This document shows, in pieces, positions 1 to 12,889 of a stretch of DNA of 23,182 nucleotides (its first letter is position 1; each line of letters opens with the position of its first letter). The translations under genes were made by a program, and so were the position numbers. The notes beneath the pieces were generated by a model, which saw only the letters and a program-made list of their open reading frames with translations, was not told the DNA's origin and made no database searches. The DNA is from Ginkgo biloba (Eukaryota; Plantae; Ginkgophyta): positions 202,589,984 through 202,613,165 of the forward strand of contig JANKJI020000002.1 of assembly GCA_024626585.2 (NCBI GenBank), in the 5' to 3' direction.

Positions 1-27
1 ATAAAATAAGGGTATAGTTTCATTACA

Positions 28-1146
28 ATCACCCACCCTAAAATTTTATCCACAATAATACCTATTTAATATGTAAATGGGCACAAATTAGAAATTTTTG
101 ACTTATTTACTATTGAAAGTAGATGGATTATTATCTCTCTTATAAGAGAAACAATTTATTTCTATAATAACATGAGGTAAAGTGTTAATATTTATATTAC
201 CTCACATATTTATATTTGATATGGAATAAATCATCATCATTGTTATCTATGAGATGTCCATTCATTGTTAGGGAGTAACTAACCTTAGTTAATGTATAAA
301 ACATTAACTAATGAATTTAAGTATAAATTTCTAAAATATAAACAATATAAATAAACTTAACCTCGCATCTCTCCATAGGGTTGATACTAGACTCATCTCT
401 TTATCTAAAAGTTTAATAAGATACTATAGATATATGGATTAGGAAAAAAATAGAGAAGGATCAAATTCCATTATGAGAAAAGGATTAATTTCATGATGAT
501 TTAAAACTATAGATGATAAACATATTCCATATGCCTACCATAGTGTATTATTCTCTAGATTTTAAGCCTCTTTTGTTTTAGTATAAAATGACTATTTTTT
601 TGTCTCCCATAACACTCTATATTACTTAAAAAATGGGGTCTTTGAATTCAATCTTTTAAAAAGTAATCATAAGAGAAGATTCATTTACCATTATCACTAT
701 AATCCCATTTATCACTTTTAAAGGAAAAATTGTAAGATTAGTTTTTGAAACACACTCCAATAGTACAATTAGTTGGTTCTATTATTTATATATAGTGAAA
801 GTTGATCTTATTGATGTTTTACACCTAATTTATAATATATGTAATGGTAAAAATGTCCATAAAATACCAATTGTCATAAGCCCATAAATCTCAAAACAAC
901 TCACTAAGTTACTTCAATAACCCTAAAGGAAGGTTATTTAAACCTAATATATAAAGGGATAGTTTTTATAATTACCATTGTAATATGAGTCACATTCAAA
1001 TGGAATATAAATAAGACAAAGATTATACCTTTTGGTCATTAGTTAAATTTACTCTTTCAATCATTAGTCTTATTTAAGAAGAATTAATTAGAGAAGTATA
1101 ACTTCTATACATATTTAGGTTTATGATTTTAATTTATCTTATAGGA
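28..1146 (-). mobile_element. Highly degenerate Ty3/Gypsy 3' end (integrase C-terminus, possible chromodomain, PPT)
   Basis: The minus strand around 990-870 reads GNYK(K)LS..., PSFRVIEV, DNW, loosely like the GKxKKLSPRYxGPFxIIE...LPDNW integrase tail. The minus strand at 60-21 reads TTGTGGATAAAATTTTAGGGTGGGTGAT-TGTAATG, a PPT-like tract followed by TGTAA (possible LTR start at 27 running left). Many stops and frameshifts. Confidence 0.3.
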
Positions 1147-2029
1147 NNNNNNNNNNNNNNNNNNNNNNNNNNNNNNNNNNNNNNNNNNNNNNNNNNNNNN
1201 NNNNNNNNNNNNNNNNNNNNNNNNNNNNNNNNNNNNNNNNNNNNNNNNNNNNNNNNNNNNNNNNNNNNNNNNNNNNNNNNNNNNNNNNNNNNNNNNNNNN
1301 NNNNNNNNNNNNNNNNNNNNNNNNNNNNNNNNNNNNNNNNNNNNNNNNNNNNNNNNNNNNNNNNNNNNNNNNNNNNNNNNNNNNNNNNNNNNNNNNNNNN
1401 NNNNNNNNNNNNNNNNNNNNNNNNNNNNNNNNNNNNNNNNNNNNNNNNNNNNNNNNNNNNNNNNNNNNNNNNNNNNNNNNNNNNNNNNNNNNNNNNNNNN
1501 NNNNNNNNNNNNNNNNNNNNNNNNNNNNNNNNNNNNNNNNNNNNNNNNNNNNNNNNNNNNNNNNNNNNNNNNNNNNNNNNNNNNNNNNNNNNNNNNNNNN
1601 NNNNNNNNNNNNNNNNNNNNNNNNNNNNNNNNNNNNNNNNNNNNNNNNNNNNNNNNNNNNNNNNNNNNNNNNNNNNNNNNNNNNNNNNNNNNNNNNNNNN
1701 NNNNNNNNNNNNNNNNNNNNNNNNNNNNNNNNNNNNNNNNNNNNNNNNNNNNNNNNNNNNNNNNNNNNNNNNNNNNNNNNNNNNNNNNNNNNNNNNNNNN
1801 NNNNNNNNNNNNNNNNNNNNNNNNNNNNNNNNNNNNNNNNNNNNNNNNNNNNNNNNNNNNNNNNNNNNNNNNNNNNNNNNNNNNNNNNNNNNNNNNNNNN
1901 NNNNNNNNNNNNNNNNNNNNNNNNNNNNNNNNNNNNNNNNNNNNNNNNNNNNNNNNNNNNNNNNNNNNNNNNNNNNNNNNNNNNNNNNNNNNNNNNNNNN
2001 NNNNNNNNNNNNNNNNNNNNNNNNNNNTG

Positions 2030-3711
2030 TAGATTAAAGTACATATAAGAGGTTTCATTGGTCTATTTTTACTTCTTCACATAGATTGACTAGGTGAAGT
2101 GATTATGTGTTACCACTAGTGCCATCTATACCATTATTCTATTTCTAAATGTAGGGGGATAATAGATGATTAGGTTTAAATGATATCACCATATTTTAAG
2201 TTACATATTTTATATTTAAAAAAATATTATATTTTATATTGAGTTTATGAAAGAAGGTTTCTTTTACTTCTCTTTAATGAGATAAGACATAAAATTTAAA
2301 ATAATACTTTAATGTGGAATACCATATAGACAATAATGATATAAGTGACATCATAATTTTGACAAACATAATAAATGAAATAAAAAAGGAATTTATCTTG
2401 ATAAAATAAATGTATTAATAGGATATGATCCTGATTTGACCCTCTTTTATTAAATTAAAGGTTCAAATAGTATAAATAAATAATTTATTCTAGTGTAAGA
2501 TTCAAGTAGTATGAGAATCTTTATGATGAGATTTCATTCCATGTAGATAAAGTGGAAATAGGAATAACATGTTGAAAAGTAATGGATGACCTATCATTCA
2601 CTTTATTAATAATTACATCATATGCAATACTTTTTTTGCCTATTATAGTCTATGTACTACTTTTATAAAAAAAATATTCTTTGTTTATATTTTATAAGGG
2701 TTTATTATTTGGTCATAGCATACCCTTACATATTTAAAATGATGAGAGATATAAGACTATAGATTAATGATATTATAAAATAGTATATATAATATTATAT
2801 GATTTATGTGTGAATAATTTTTAGGAGTCAAAATCTATTATCGTTCATTAGGTCCAAATTTGTTTATAACAATTATTAACATTTTGCAAGTACCTATGAC
2901 AAGTAACATCTCTAAATCTTGTTGATGATAGGAGTATGGTTACTTATTATCTATATATATAAAATAAAAAGGATATTAAATAGATAATTAAATATAATTA
3001 CATCAATAATTAACAATAATATTTATACTATTACCTATTTTTATGTTCTGCTTAGTAAAGTACATTTATCTTTTTATAAAATAATAAAATTTATCTTAAA
3101 AAAATAAATATACTAAGTTGTGTCATGAGAAAATAATCTCTATTGATATAAGGCAACAATTATAATATTTTCATACACATGTTATCCTATAAAATTTATT
3201 CTATAACTATTTTTTATGAAAAACATCATTATTTTCCATGTTAGTGGGGCATCAAGCTTAGTAATAAACTATGCTTACCTCCCTATATATGATGCAAGAT
3301 AATGTGACAAAGAAATAAAAATATGTGGGAAATGTAAGAAACTAAGTAATTTGAACTTACCTCATGAATGATCCATATTTATTGACTCTATGATTATGTA
3401 ATTGATATGATAGTTTGATTTCTACCACCTATAACTTTCACACTTAATCACCAAAAATATAAGAGGGTTAGTTTCATTCACATGCCTAATACAAATAAGG
3501 TGTAACAATAAGAATTACATAATAGACCTAAATATATACTACAAGTATTTTTTCCAAAAATTAGTGATGGAATGTAACATTATATAATTACATAAAAAGA
3601 AGAGCAAAGGGAAGAAATGGAGGGTGTTAAGTGGAATAATATTACAAAGCAATACAACAACACTACACAATAATTGGGCTAGATTATGTTTCAAGGACAA
3701 GTGAGAGGGAA
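2030..3711 (+). mobile_element. Degenerate, internally deleted Ty3/Gypsy (chromovirus-like) pol: RT end, RNase H, integrase, chromodomain
   Basis: Motif remnants occur in the expected order: IRGFIGL (~2045; cf. RGFLGL), KVMDDLS (~2576; cf. KVADALS), FLGVKIYYRSL (~2820; zinc-finger GHLGxxKTY region), GKCKKLS..LNLPHE (~3327), VKWNN (~3626; chromodomain LVKW), then a PPT. Confidence 0.5.
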
Positions 3712-4230
3712 TGTGATCTAATTGATGTATTAAATCATCGATAGTGGATCATATGGTAGAGGCATTTTAAGGTCTAATTTAGATTTTTATTATTCATTTT
3801 AATCCTAGGGTTTGGCCTAATTATGGATTATTCTTAAAGGAAATGGAATTACTTTCTAAAATATGATTATGAGATAGGCCCCTATCATATAAGAAGTTGA
3901 ATTGTATTTACTATTAAATTTTAGAATGTTCGATGTTCATATTTTCATGATGTTATAATTGGTGAATTAACATAAAGAGATGGATATAAGTGATGTGGGC
4001 ATGATATTATTGAATGATTAAATAGTTAAATTATTAAATAATTAAATATGAGTGATGATAATAAAATAAGTGCTACAAAATTTTTAATATATTTACCCAA
4101 AATTATTTGTAAATGATAAAAGGGAAAATAATAAAAAATGAACATGCAAGAAAATTTCTAATTTCTAATTCAATTCCTTTTAATCAATATTTATTGTGTC
4201 CATGGTATTAAAGAAAAAATGTATCATTGT
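3703..4230 (+). repeat. Polypurine tract (3703-3711) and start of putative 3' LTR (TGTGAT at 3712), running into a gap
   Basis: TCAAGGACAAGTGAGAGGGAA|TGTGATC matches the GAGGACAAG...GGG..TGT junction typical of Gypsy elements. CCTAGGGTTT (telo-box-like, common in LTRs) lies at ~3804. Confidence 0.4.
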
Positions 4231-5064
4231 NNNNNNNNNNNNNNNNNNNNNNNNNNNNNNNNNNNNNNNNNNNNNNNNNNNNNNNNNNNNNNNNNNNNNN
4301 NNNNNNNNNNNNNNNNNNNNNNNNNNNNNNNNNNNNNNNNNNNNNNNNNNNNNNNNNNNNNNNNNNNNNNNNNNNNNNNNNNNNNNNNNNNNNNNNNNNN
4401 NNNNNNNNNNNNNNNNNNNNNNNNNNNNNNNNNNNNNNNNNNNNNNNNNNNNNNNNNNNNNNNNNNNNNNNNNNNNNNNNNNNNNNNNNNNNNNNNNNNN
4501 NNNNNNNNNNNNNNNNNNNNNNNNNNNNNNNNNNNNNNNNNNNNNNNNNNNNNNNNNNNNNNNNNNNNNNNNNNNNNNNNNNNNNNNNNNNNNNNNNNNN
4601 NNNNNNNNNNNNNNNNNNNNNNNNNNNNNNNNNNNNNNNNNNNNNNNNNNNNNNNNNNNNNNNNNNNNNNNNNNNNNNNNNNNNNNNNNNNNNNNNNNNN
4701 NNNNNNNNNNNNNNNNNNNNNNNNNNNNNNNNNNNNNNNNNNNNNNNNNNNNNNNNNNNNNNNNNNNNNNNNNNNNNNNNNNNNNNNNNNNNNNNNNNNN
4801 NNNNNNNNNNNNNNNNNNNNNNNNNNNNNNNNNNNNNNNNNNNNNNNNNNNNNNNNNNNNNNNNNNNNNNNNNNNNNNNNNNNNNNNNNNNNNNNNNNNN
4901 NNNNNNNNNNNNNNNNNNNNNNNNNNNNNNNNNNNNNNNNNNNNNNNNNNNNNNNNNNNNNNNNNNNNNNNNNNNNNNNNNNNNNNNNNNNNNNNNNNNN
5001 NNNNNNNNNNNNNNNNNNNNNNNNNNNNNNNNNNNNNNNNNNNNNNNNNNNNNNNNNNNNNNNN

Positions 5065-5940
5065 GAGCTATCAAGAACGATGAAAATTCAACAAAAAGTT
5101 CATAAGAGAATATGGACACTCACAAGCTACTATGAATCCATGATGAGAGCCTTCTAGGATAGAGAAAACTCTCTATAGTGTATAATAAGAATTTATGGCT
5201 CTTAATAGTTTTATAAATAATAAAATATACCTACAACATTAGAAGTAACTAGAAATCATCATAGAGGCATACTAATTAGGTAAGGACAAGATCCCCACCC
5301 TAATCTTAATAATAGTAATAATAATAATGATGATTTAAATAATTAAAATAATGATAATAATAATAATATGATAAAAATAAAAAATATCACTCTACATATT
5401 AAAAATAATAAATCTCGATCAAAATATTATCCATGTAGGGAAAGATGATATTTTGCTAACTACAAAATCCTAAATCTTTGTTATAAATATCTAAAGTATC
5501 CTACAATAAGAGTGAACAAGAGCTAATATACAAGTAAAAGTCATTGAATAATAACCATTATGACTAGAGACCATATCTATACCATTTATTTGAATGTAAA
5601 TATCCTTAAAAAGTAATGATGAGTTTTAGATACTAGAAATATGCTATCTAAATAAATACTCTTGATAAAGAAACATGCCTCTAATATATTAAGAGTACAT
5701 AACAATGACTAGGAAATTATACCATAAGGTATATGGACCTACCAAAAAAACATTAATCATGAAAATGGTAGAAGGTCTAAATGAAAGAGAGGATAATACA
5801 ATGAAAATAGTTGGAAATGAATGGGTGATAAGGTGTATATTAAAAGAATGGGGATTCAAATATTTTCCATCAAGTAACATAAGGGATATCAATAAATAAT
5901 TTGTAAAGGGATGTAAGAAACACATGAGAGGCAATAGACT
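5065..5940 (+). pseudogene. Degenerate retrotransposon gag (Asn-rich tract plus zinc knuckle) and probable protease
   Basis: An (AAT)n-rich stretch at ~5307-5370 is followed at 5425-5463 by YYPCRER*YFANY. Single changes (TAT/TGT, AGG/GGG, TGA/GGA, TAT/CAT) restore CYPCGERGHFANY, a CCHC knuckle. The downstream LIMKMVEG (ORF 5705-5899) loosely resembles the protease-region LKMADG. Confidence 0.4.
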
Positions 5941-6080
5941 TTAATCAATGACAATGTAATATAATCATAAATGACTCATTTAGTGTAATAAATGGGTAAA
6001 AAAATAAAGTTAAATTAGAAAATTTAAGAATCAAATAAGAACAAAATAATGTAAATAAAAATATATTTTATATTTATATA

Positions 6081-7560
6081 TAATATTCTTTTTATGAACT
6101 ATCCATTAAAAGGATATTGTAATAAGTTTTTGTATAAATGTGATAATAAATAAGAGTTATTTCCATAATTCTTTATAATCACAAAGGGCCCTATCCATAA
6201 AGAATCAAACTTGGTCTCATTTCCCATATCCTATTTTTTCTTATTCTATATTAATACTAGATAAATTAAGAAAAAAATCATGTTCTTGATCTCTTATCAA
6301 ATGATTCTTTAACCTTCTTATGCCATACCTCAATATTTTGTAGGTCATCCTTTTTGTTTTTATTAGGTGGCTCGACTTGGCCAACCTATGACCAATAGAA
6401 TCTAAGACACATAGATAAACTACTTATCTAAGAATAGGTATTTCCAATTTGATGGGTTTATCTATTTTAAATCCATCTATGATGGAAAATTATGTGATAT
6501 TGTACTTATTTTGTAGGTAATATGATAGGCTTAGAGATCATTATGGAGTTTGTTGTATTAATCTCTCCTAGATTATTATATATTTTTATTTAGTATTTTA
6601 TCGATGCTCTTGGATAAACCATTTTATTAAGGATAATACTTGGATAAATACTAAAAAATGATCATATTATATTGATGAAACTCAACCATATTAGTGATAG
6701 TAAATTAAGAAACATTATTATCCATAAATTTAGCTAGAATATTGGATTAATAAAAGTTATTATTCTAAAGGAATATGATAATAATAGTTGTGTTAGTGGT
6801 GGTCAAGGGGTAGGACTAAACCCATTTAGTGAATTAATTATTGACTATAAGGATATAAGTGTGTCATCCACTACAAGTAGGTGAAATTAGAGAAACAAAA
6901 TACAATGCCTATTTAGCACATGGGTGATCAAACAACATAAGATTAAGAGGTAGATGTATATTTTAGAGTTTATCTCTTAATATTTGACATTTAATACATT
7001 ATATAATAAATGTATAAGTGTATTTGAATAGGATGGTACAGTAATAACCTTCTCTCAAGATCTTATATATAGTACTCTTGCCTAAAATAATATATTCCAT
7101 ATACATTAATATGACATTTCTTTATGATTTATAGTGATTTATATTTTAATATGTATCTCAAAATCATATGGTAAATCATGCACCAAGGAAAAATTTAAGG
7201 AGTGGATTGTTTTATACAAATATATTTATTTGGTGAATATTTTTAATAAATGTAATGTGAATTATAAATGTTAAAGGAAAAATTCTCATAAAATTATAGA
7301 TTTTCCCTTTTAAACATGAAAAATTTGGCAAATGTAGTAAGATTTTTCATTTTATATATATATAAAATTGGCAAATATTTTAAATAAAATTTGATATTTT
7401 ATGAATTTAGTTTTTTGAAAAATGGCCAAAATCTAGCAATTGGGCTATAAATAGCCCATAAAATTTTCATTGTCATGCACCTGTGTCCTTTAAAATGATA
7501 TATTTAGAAACCTAAATGTGAATAACCTATTTCTCCTTTAAATATAATCCTATAACAAAA
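6081..7560 (-). pseudogene. Integrase (HHCC zinc finger, DDE core, C-terminal GPF/VNG motif), interrupted by a MITE
   Basis: The minus strand reads KKCH..GKSTIYKILREGYYCTILF..CIKCQ; LPLN..K*ALYFV..HTYILIVNN*FTKWV; YYP**NGLSKS; HNDL*AYHITYK; and KFDSLWIGPFVI..GNNSYLL..PFNG*FIK, the Tat-type KFxxxWxGP...VNG tail. Confidence 0.93.
7184..7472. mobile_element. Non-autonomous hAT-type MITE (289 bp)
   Basis: Perfect 8-bp TSD TCATGCAC at 7176-7183 and 7473-7480. Imperfect TIRs: CAAGGAAAAATTTAAGG versus the reverse-complemented end CAATGAAAATTTTATGG (14/17). Host pol similarity resumes when the element is removed (SKYIILKDT...HMILRY). Confidence 0.8.
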
Positions 7561-8459
7561 AATTTATATTATAGATAATGAATGGAAGAGGCATATTGTT
7601 TGGGATTTTCTTTGATAGTTAAGAGATGGTCATTTGAGAATGAATTATTTAATAATGTTAAATAATCATGGTCTATGAACTGATCAAATAAACATTTACT
7701 AACAAGTGCACTTTTATGGTAGTAATGGGATGAATATTTAGGTTGAAGTCCTGAATTATCAGTGTTCATCTCCTTATCTTCTTGATCAAATCCAAGCAAA
7801 TAAAAAGATGTTTAAGAGGGATAAGAGAATACTTACCTTATTTATATGCTATGTAATGATATTTTTATCATATCAATACTTATATAGATTTCATGGCTTC
7901 TTATGGACTCAATTCACTAATAATATATTGGACTTACAAAACTAGAGATGCATGGGGAATAAAATAAGATTTTTCACGTAGGCCCTTCCACCCTAACCCT
8001 ATAACTACATTATGATTATTAGTCACTTATAATTGAAATATGGAACCATANNNNNNNNNNNNNNNNNNNNNNNNNNNNNNNNNNNNNNNNNNNNNNNNNN
8101 NNNNNNNNNNNNNNNNNNNNNNNNNNNNNNNNNNNNNNNNNNNNNNNNNNNNNNNNNNNNNNNNNNNNNNNNNNNNNNNNNNNNNNNNNNNNNNNNNNNN
8201 NNNNNNNNNNNNNNNNNNNNNAGATTGTTTCTTTAAAAATATATATTCTTTTTTCTTAAAAATTGCACTCATAATGATAGGTGATGCATTAGTATAGACT
8301 ATAAAATATTTTTTCCTAAAGTCAAGAGTAATAATGATTAAGGCTATAGTGACTATTTATTTAAATTTTTTAAAGGAAAATTTAAAAAGGCCAATCAAAA
8401 GTCCAAATTTGTATATCCACTCAAGAGGCCAATTTATTAAAGGAGATAATTTATTGGCT

Positions 8460-9340
8460 CAATTATTTTTGTATATCCTTTAAGGAACCAAGTAATATAA
8501 TTTACCTTCCTAAAGAGATATTGAAGCTAATTTTTAGTGTCAAGTATAGAAGATTAAAAATCATCTTGAACTCCTTAGGATTGAATTTTATCCCTTTATA
8601 AGATATATTACAATCAAAAGTTGACCTTCGTTGACTAAAAAATTGTACTTCTTAGGATTCAAAAAAAAATTATAACACCTACATCTTTGTAATATAATTT
8701 TGAGGTGATGAGAATGATTCAATTTCTTCTTTGAATAAAATATAAGATCATCTAAATATATTTTGATATTAATAGTAATAAAATAATGGAAAGATATAGT
8801 CATAACTTATTAGAAAATATCTCATGCATTAATAAGCCCAAAAGGAATTACATTATAATAAATGGTACCCTAGTGCATGGTAAATGAATTTTTGAGTTTA
8901 TCTTCATGTTTAATCTTAATTTAGTTATAACTTGAAAATCCACCTAATAGGGAGATAACTTATGACCTAAAGACAAGGTCAACAATCTTCTTAACATGTG
9001 GAACTAGGAAGTTATCTTTTGTATGTCCTTATTCAATTTTATAAATTCAACACATATTTAAATTCATTATTAATTTTTTGAACATGCATATTATTTTTCA
9101 CGTAAGTGAGATAATTAATAGGAAAAATAACCTTAGCTTCCAACATCTTCTAAATTTCCTTCTTGATGAGAGAATTATTTTTTGGATTAATCATTATTTG
9201 ATAGTATTTTAATTTCTTATATTATGCTAAAATAGGGATGAAATGTGATTAATATTAGGGTATAATCCTATCAATATTTGTATGACTATGAAAAGTAATC
9301 CATATACTTTATGAAGAACCCATAAAGCTAGTGGTGTTCA
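8460..9340 (-). pseudogene. Reverse transcriptase domain (pseudogenised)
   Basis: The minus strand reads INPK...IKKEI*KMLEAKVIFPI, ICVEFIKLNK..KDNFLVPH, SLLGGFSSYN*IKIKHEDKLKNSFT, VIPFGLINA, IYLDDLIFYS, HLKIILQRCR..FLNPKK. These are canonical Gypsy RT motifs (KDxFPLP, LDGFSGYNQI, MPFGLxNA, YLDD). Confidence 0.95.
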
Positions 9341-10179
9341 ATAATTGAGTAATCAAATACTATATGAATATATCAAGGATCATACTCAAATATAATAATT
9401 AGAGGCATAATATACTTAATTACAAAAATATAATGATCATCATTAATCTTAGTGTGTCTTAGGTGTCATATATAGTGAACAAGGATTATAACACCTCAGG
9501 GCCTTGAGAAATCTTAATGGACCATAAGTTAATTAAAGATTCATGTGTGCTAAATAATGGCACCAATTATATGCCTTGTTTATTAACTCTATGAATAAAT
9601 ATAGTGCCTTGTTATTATTAAAAACCTATTAATATTCCTCATTATCAATAAATAAAGGATGATATTGGATCTGAATCATATCATATTTACTTAGTACATA
9701 AGGATATACTCTAAACAAAGATGCAATAACTCTTAATATATATACCTTAGTATTCTAATATCATGGAATGAATAAAATATTAAAGTGATTAAAATTTCAA
9801 AAGGTATTTATCACTAAGTAATTATATTATATGAGTAAAGTATTCTTAACTTTACCTTATTTTTTTTTAATAGAATTACCATGTCACTACTACTAATACT
9901 TGTAAATTGGTTATCTTTATTTTTAAGTCATTATTCAACCTATTAATGAAAGACTCATACTCTACCATATTTTTTTTAGAGGAGAATTTAAGTATAATGA
10001 TAAATTAAAAAACTAATCTTAGTTCATTTCTAAGGACAAACTATATTGCTAATTTTCTTTAATTATTTATGTATATATTATACTTAGGTTTGAGTCATTA
10101 TTATTCATTTAATATTATTTGAATAAATTTATAATTTTGAAAAGAGAATATTCCAAAGTGAATTAAGTAAGGAATTCTA

Positions 10180-10990
10180 CCTATAAATAGAGATTGATTA
10201 TAAATAATCACCATATATGAGATATTTATACTTGAAGGATTATTTGGTTTGAGTAATACAAAATAGTGTATGACACTCTCTATGGTATCTATAATTAGTC
10301 ACTAAATTGAAGTAATGAAATTAATCTTTAATAAAAATGTCTTGTTTATTTGATGTTATCTATTGTTGATATGTGAGTCCATATTCTATGTTGATGAATT
10401 TTATTTGATTCATTATTATAGAGATATATGTTATATTTATTTTTATAAATGAATGCATGGAAAAGAACTATAGATTTATTTTCAATTAACTATGTCAAGT
10501 GCAGAATCACATACTTTAATAATAATTATAGCTAAAAGGAGATATATGTGTTAGTTAATATTTATAATATTTAGAGTCTATCATATTGAGTTATAAGTAA
10601 GATTTAAAATCTATTAAATTATANNNNNNNNNNNNNNNNNNNNNNNNNNNNNNNNNNNNNNNNNNNNNNNNNNNNNNNNNNNNNNNNNNNNNNNNNNNNN
10701 NNNNNNNNNNNNNNNNNNNNNNNTTATAAATATTCACCATGGGTGAGAGCATTAGGTTTAATATATGATTGATATTGTAATTAAGTGTAGTGTGTGAGTT
10801 TTCTCTCTATGGTCTTTGTAAATATTCTCTATTTAAAGTAATGTAAGAAGATTTAGTTATAATGTATTATTATAATGTGTTATTTATTAATGATATTTGA
10901 TGATATAATTCTGTGTTCATGAATTATGATATTATTATATATATTATGTGACCTTGTTAAATTCTTTTTAAGGAATGCTTAAGTTGATTT
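10180..10990 (-). pseudogene. Possible gag remnant of the same Tat/Ogre element
   Basis: It lies upstream of pol on the same strand. NYRYHRECHTLFC (~10290-10250) resembles the Tat gag CxYH..GH...C motif. Otherwise barely recognisable, and it contains a gap. Confidence 0.3.
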
Positions 10991-11669
10991 ATTTTAACTA
11001 TAAATTATATGCAAGTCTAAGTTAGATAGATTTTATCGTTAAACATTATTTTTTTTGCCAAAAAGGAGAGTGATATACGTCACATAGATTCTACATTAGT
11101 TAATATTTAGGGTCTTTATAATTGATTAATCTATAACATTTTTTTTTTTTTGTATTTAGTAATTTTTTTTAGAGCATGTCCAAAATCTAGGAACATATCC
11201 TTTGAATTATAAAATTTATTATAATTTTGATAGATATTTAAGATTTAGTTGAGTTAATTGTCAGTTTGAAGGTTATGTAAGGATATAAGTTGCATTTACT
11301 CAAAATTTAAATTAAGTGATAAAATATCATTTAGATATAAAGAGATAATTCTTATAGGAGTTTAAGATCTCAAGTCTTTAAATAAGAGTGTAATATTTAT
11401 AAACCAAGTTAAGAATTATCGAGTTAGAATGAAGAATGACCAAAATTCTTAAATATTACTTAAATCTTAGTTGATATGCATAAATCTAGATAACAAAACA
11501 AATATTCACCACAAGATTTAAAAATTTTAAGAAAATGTTGAAAGAATTAGAAGGAATGATAAATAATTAACTCTAAACATTGTAGAATAGTATAAGAATA
11601 AGAAATATGTAAATATACATAAATATTGATGAAAACTGATAAATATGTAATGTTTAAAGAATAAGAACA

Positions 11670-11990
11670 ATATTCCATTGGATTAGCATGAAGGAAATCA
11701 TTACAAGCATCTTGTAAGTAAACATAGAAGAAATATAGGTGATGATTTCACTTATACTATATGGTATTATTTTGATTACCAATTTATATTGTCTATAGAG
11801 ATAACATAAGGTCAAGAAAATTGATAAATAATTGAAGGAAATAATTTAATACATTAATATTCTTAAAAAAATATCATGAAAATTATATAAATTATAAAGT
11901 TCTTAAAAATTCTTGCAAACTTAAGTTGAGAATCTAGAAAAAATTACAAAGATCCTAAAAAAGGACATATATAAGAGAGGAATGGGTTAT
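11670..11990 (+). pseudogene. Degenerate Ty1/Copia pol remnant, left part
   Basis: HEGNHYKHLVSKHRR (pre-integrase-like) is followed by DDFTYTIWYYF (cf. DDFSRxTWVYF). It ends in EEWV, which joins in frame to the sequence after 18948. Confidence 0.4.
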
Positions 11991-12753
11991 TAATAAGTGA
12001 TTACTTTACTTATCATAATTTGGTGGTTTGTAAAGTCTAACATTAGAGTACGCTGATAAATGGGTATGACTTTATAATCATATTAGTATAGAAACAATCC
12101 TATTGACAATTCTAATTTATCTCTTTGTATTCCTTTTTATAATACATGTATAAATTACCTATGTAAGTGACTAGGTTTATGTTTACTTGCCAGTCACTAG
12201 TATGTAATATATTTTCCAATCACTCTATGATTGGGATAACTATTATGTATTTTCTCAATTATAATATAACTACTAACTTCTCCAATTTATTATGGATGGT
12301 AAGATAGATATGATTGAAAGATGTATAAATACGTTGTGCATGAAATAATAAATTAGACTATTTTGGTTATCCAATACCATCATATAGTTATTAGTGTTTA
12401 TAGAAGGGCCCCTATCAACTCTAATAATTGATGGTTATGCCCATAGATAGGATTTATGCTAAGCATTTGATAATTTATTACTATTTCAATTCTTGAAGAT
12501 GTAGATTCATAGTGGAAGAATTATAACATATGTAGTACTTCGATTCTTTCTTTCATTNNNNNNNNNNNNNNNNNATTTTCCAAGTGATTAATGCTTTGTT
12601 CTTCTAAATTTAAATTTATTGATCACTATAGGTTTAGGAATTTCTATCTTTTGAACTTATTGGTGGAGTTAGGTTTCTTGCCTCCTTCATTATTGTAAGT
12701 TAATGATCCCCTAGATTGACATTTTATGTATGTTTTCTAAAAAGTGACCATCA
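11991..12753 (+). repeat. 5' LTR
   Basis: It aligns along its length with 18163-18943 (e.g. TAATTTGGTGGTTT, ATCATATTAGTATAGAAA, CCCATAGATAGGATTTAT, TAAGTTAATGATCCCC). It lacks a ~33-bp segment present in the 3' copy. Confidence 0.93.
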
Positions 12754-12756
12754 TTT

Positions 12757-12774
12757 TGGCATCATTTCTAGGGA
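12757..12774 (+). other. Primer-binding site, decayed tRNA-Asp type
   Basis: TGGCATCATTTCTAGGGA begins 3 nt after the LTR end. It matches the Athila-type PBS TGGCGCCGTTGCCGGGGA at 12/18, and 5 of the 6 differences are C>T or G>A. Confidence 0.8.
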
Positions 12775-12889
12775 TGGTGAAGACATCNNNNNNNNNNNNN
12801 NNNNNNNNNNNNTATATATGCTAGGGTGCAGTAGGAAAAAGAGAAAATTTAGAGATTTTTCATTTGGAAAAGATCAGAAAGAAAATTAA

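Larger units (their letters stand above)
6081..9975 (-). mobile_element. Degenerate Ty3/Gypsy Tat/Ogre-type pol (protease, RT, RNase H, integrase)
   Basis: RT, RNase H, integrase zinc finger, core and C-terminal motifs are collinear on the minus strand in Gypsy order (see sub-features). The protease at ~9975-9700 is only weakly recognisable. Confidence 0.9.

Noticed and set aside
1123-5157. Long (~300 aa) ORFs in the track
   Set aside because: They consist of N runs (gaps 1147-2027 and 4231-5064) and are artefacts. The same applies to the X-filled ORFs at ~8030, 13542, 17006 and 20064.
7990-8002. CCCTAACCCTA telomere-like motif
   Set aside because: Fewer than two full units, and it lies within retroelement pol sequence.
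11045-11095. Possible PBS/LTR boundary of the minus-strand Tat element (TTTTGCCAAAAAGG)
   Set aside because: Only TGGC matches; there is no recognisable tRNA complement, TG/CA terminus or partner LTR.
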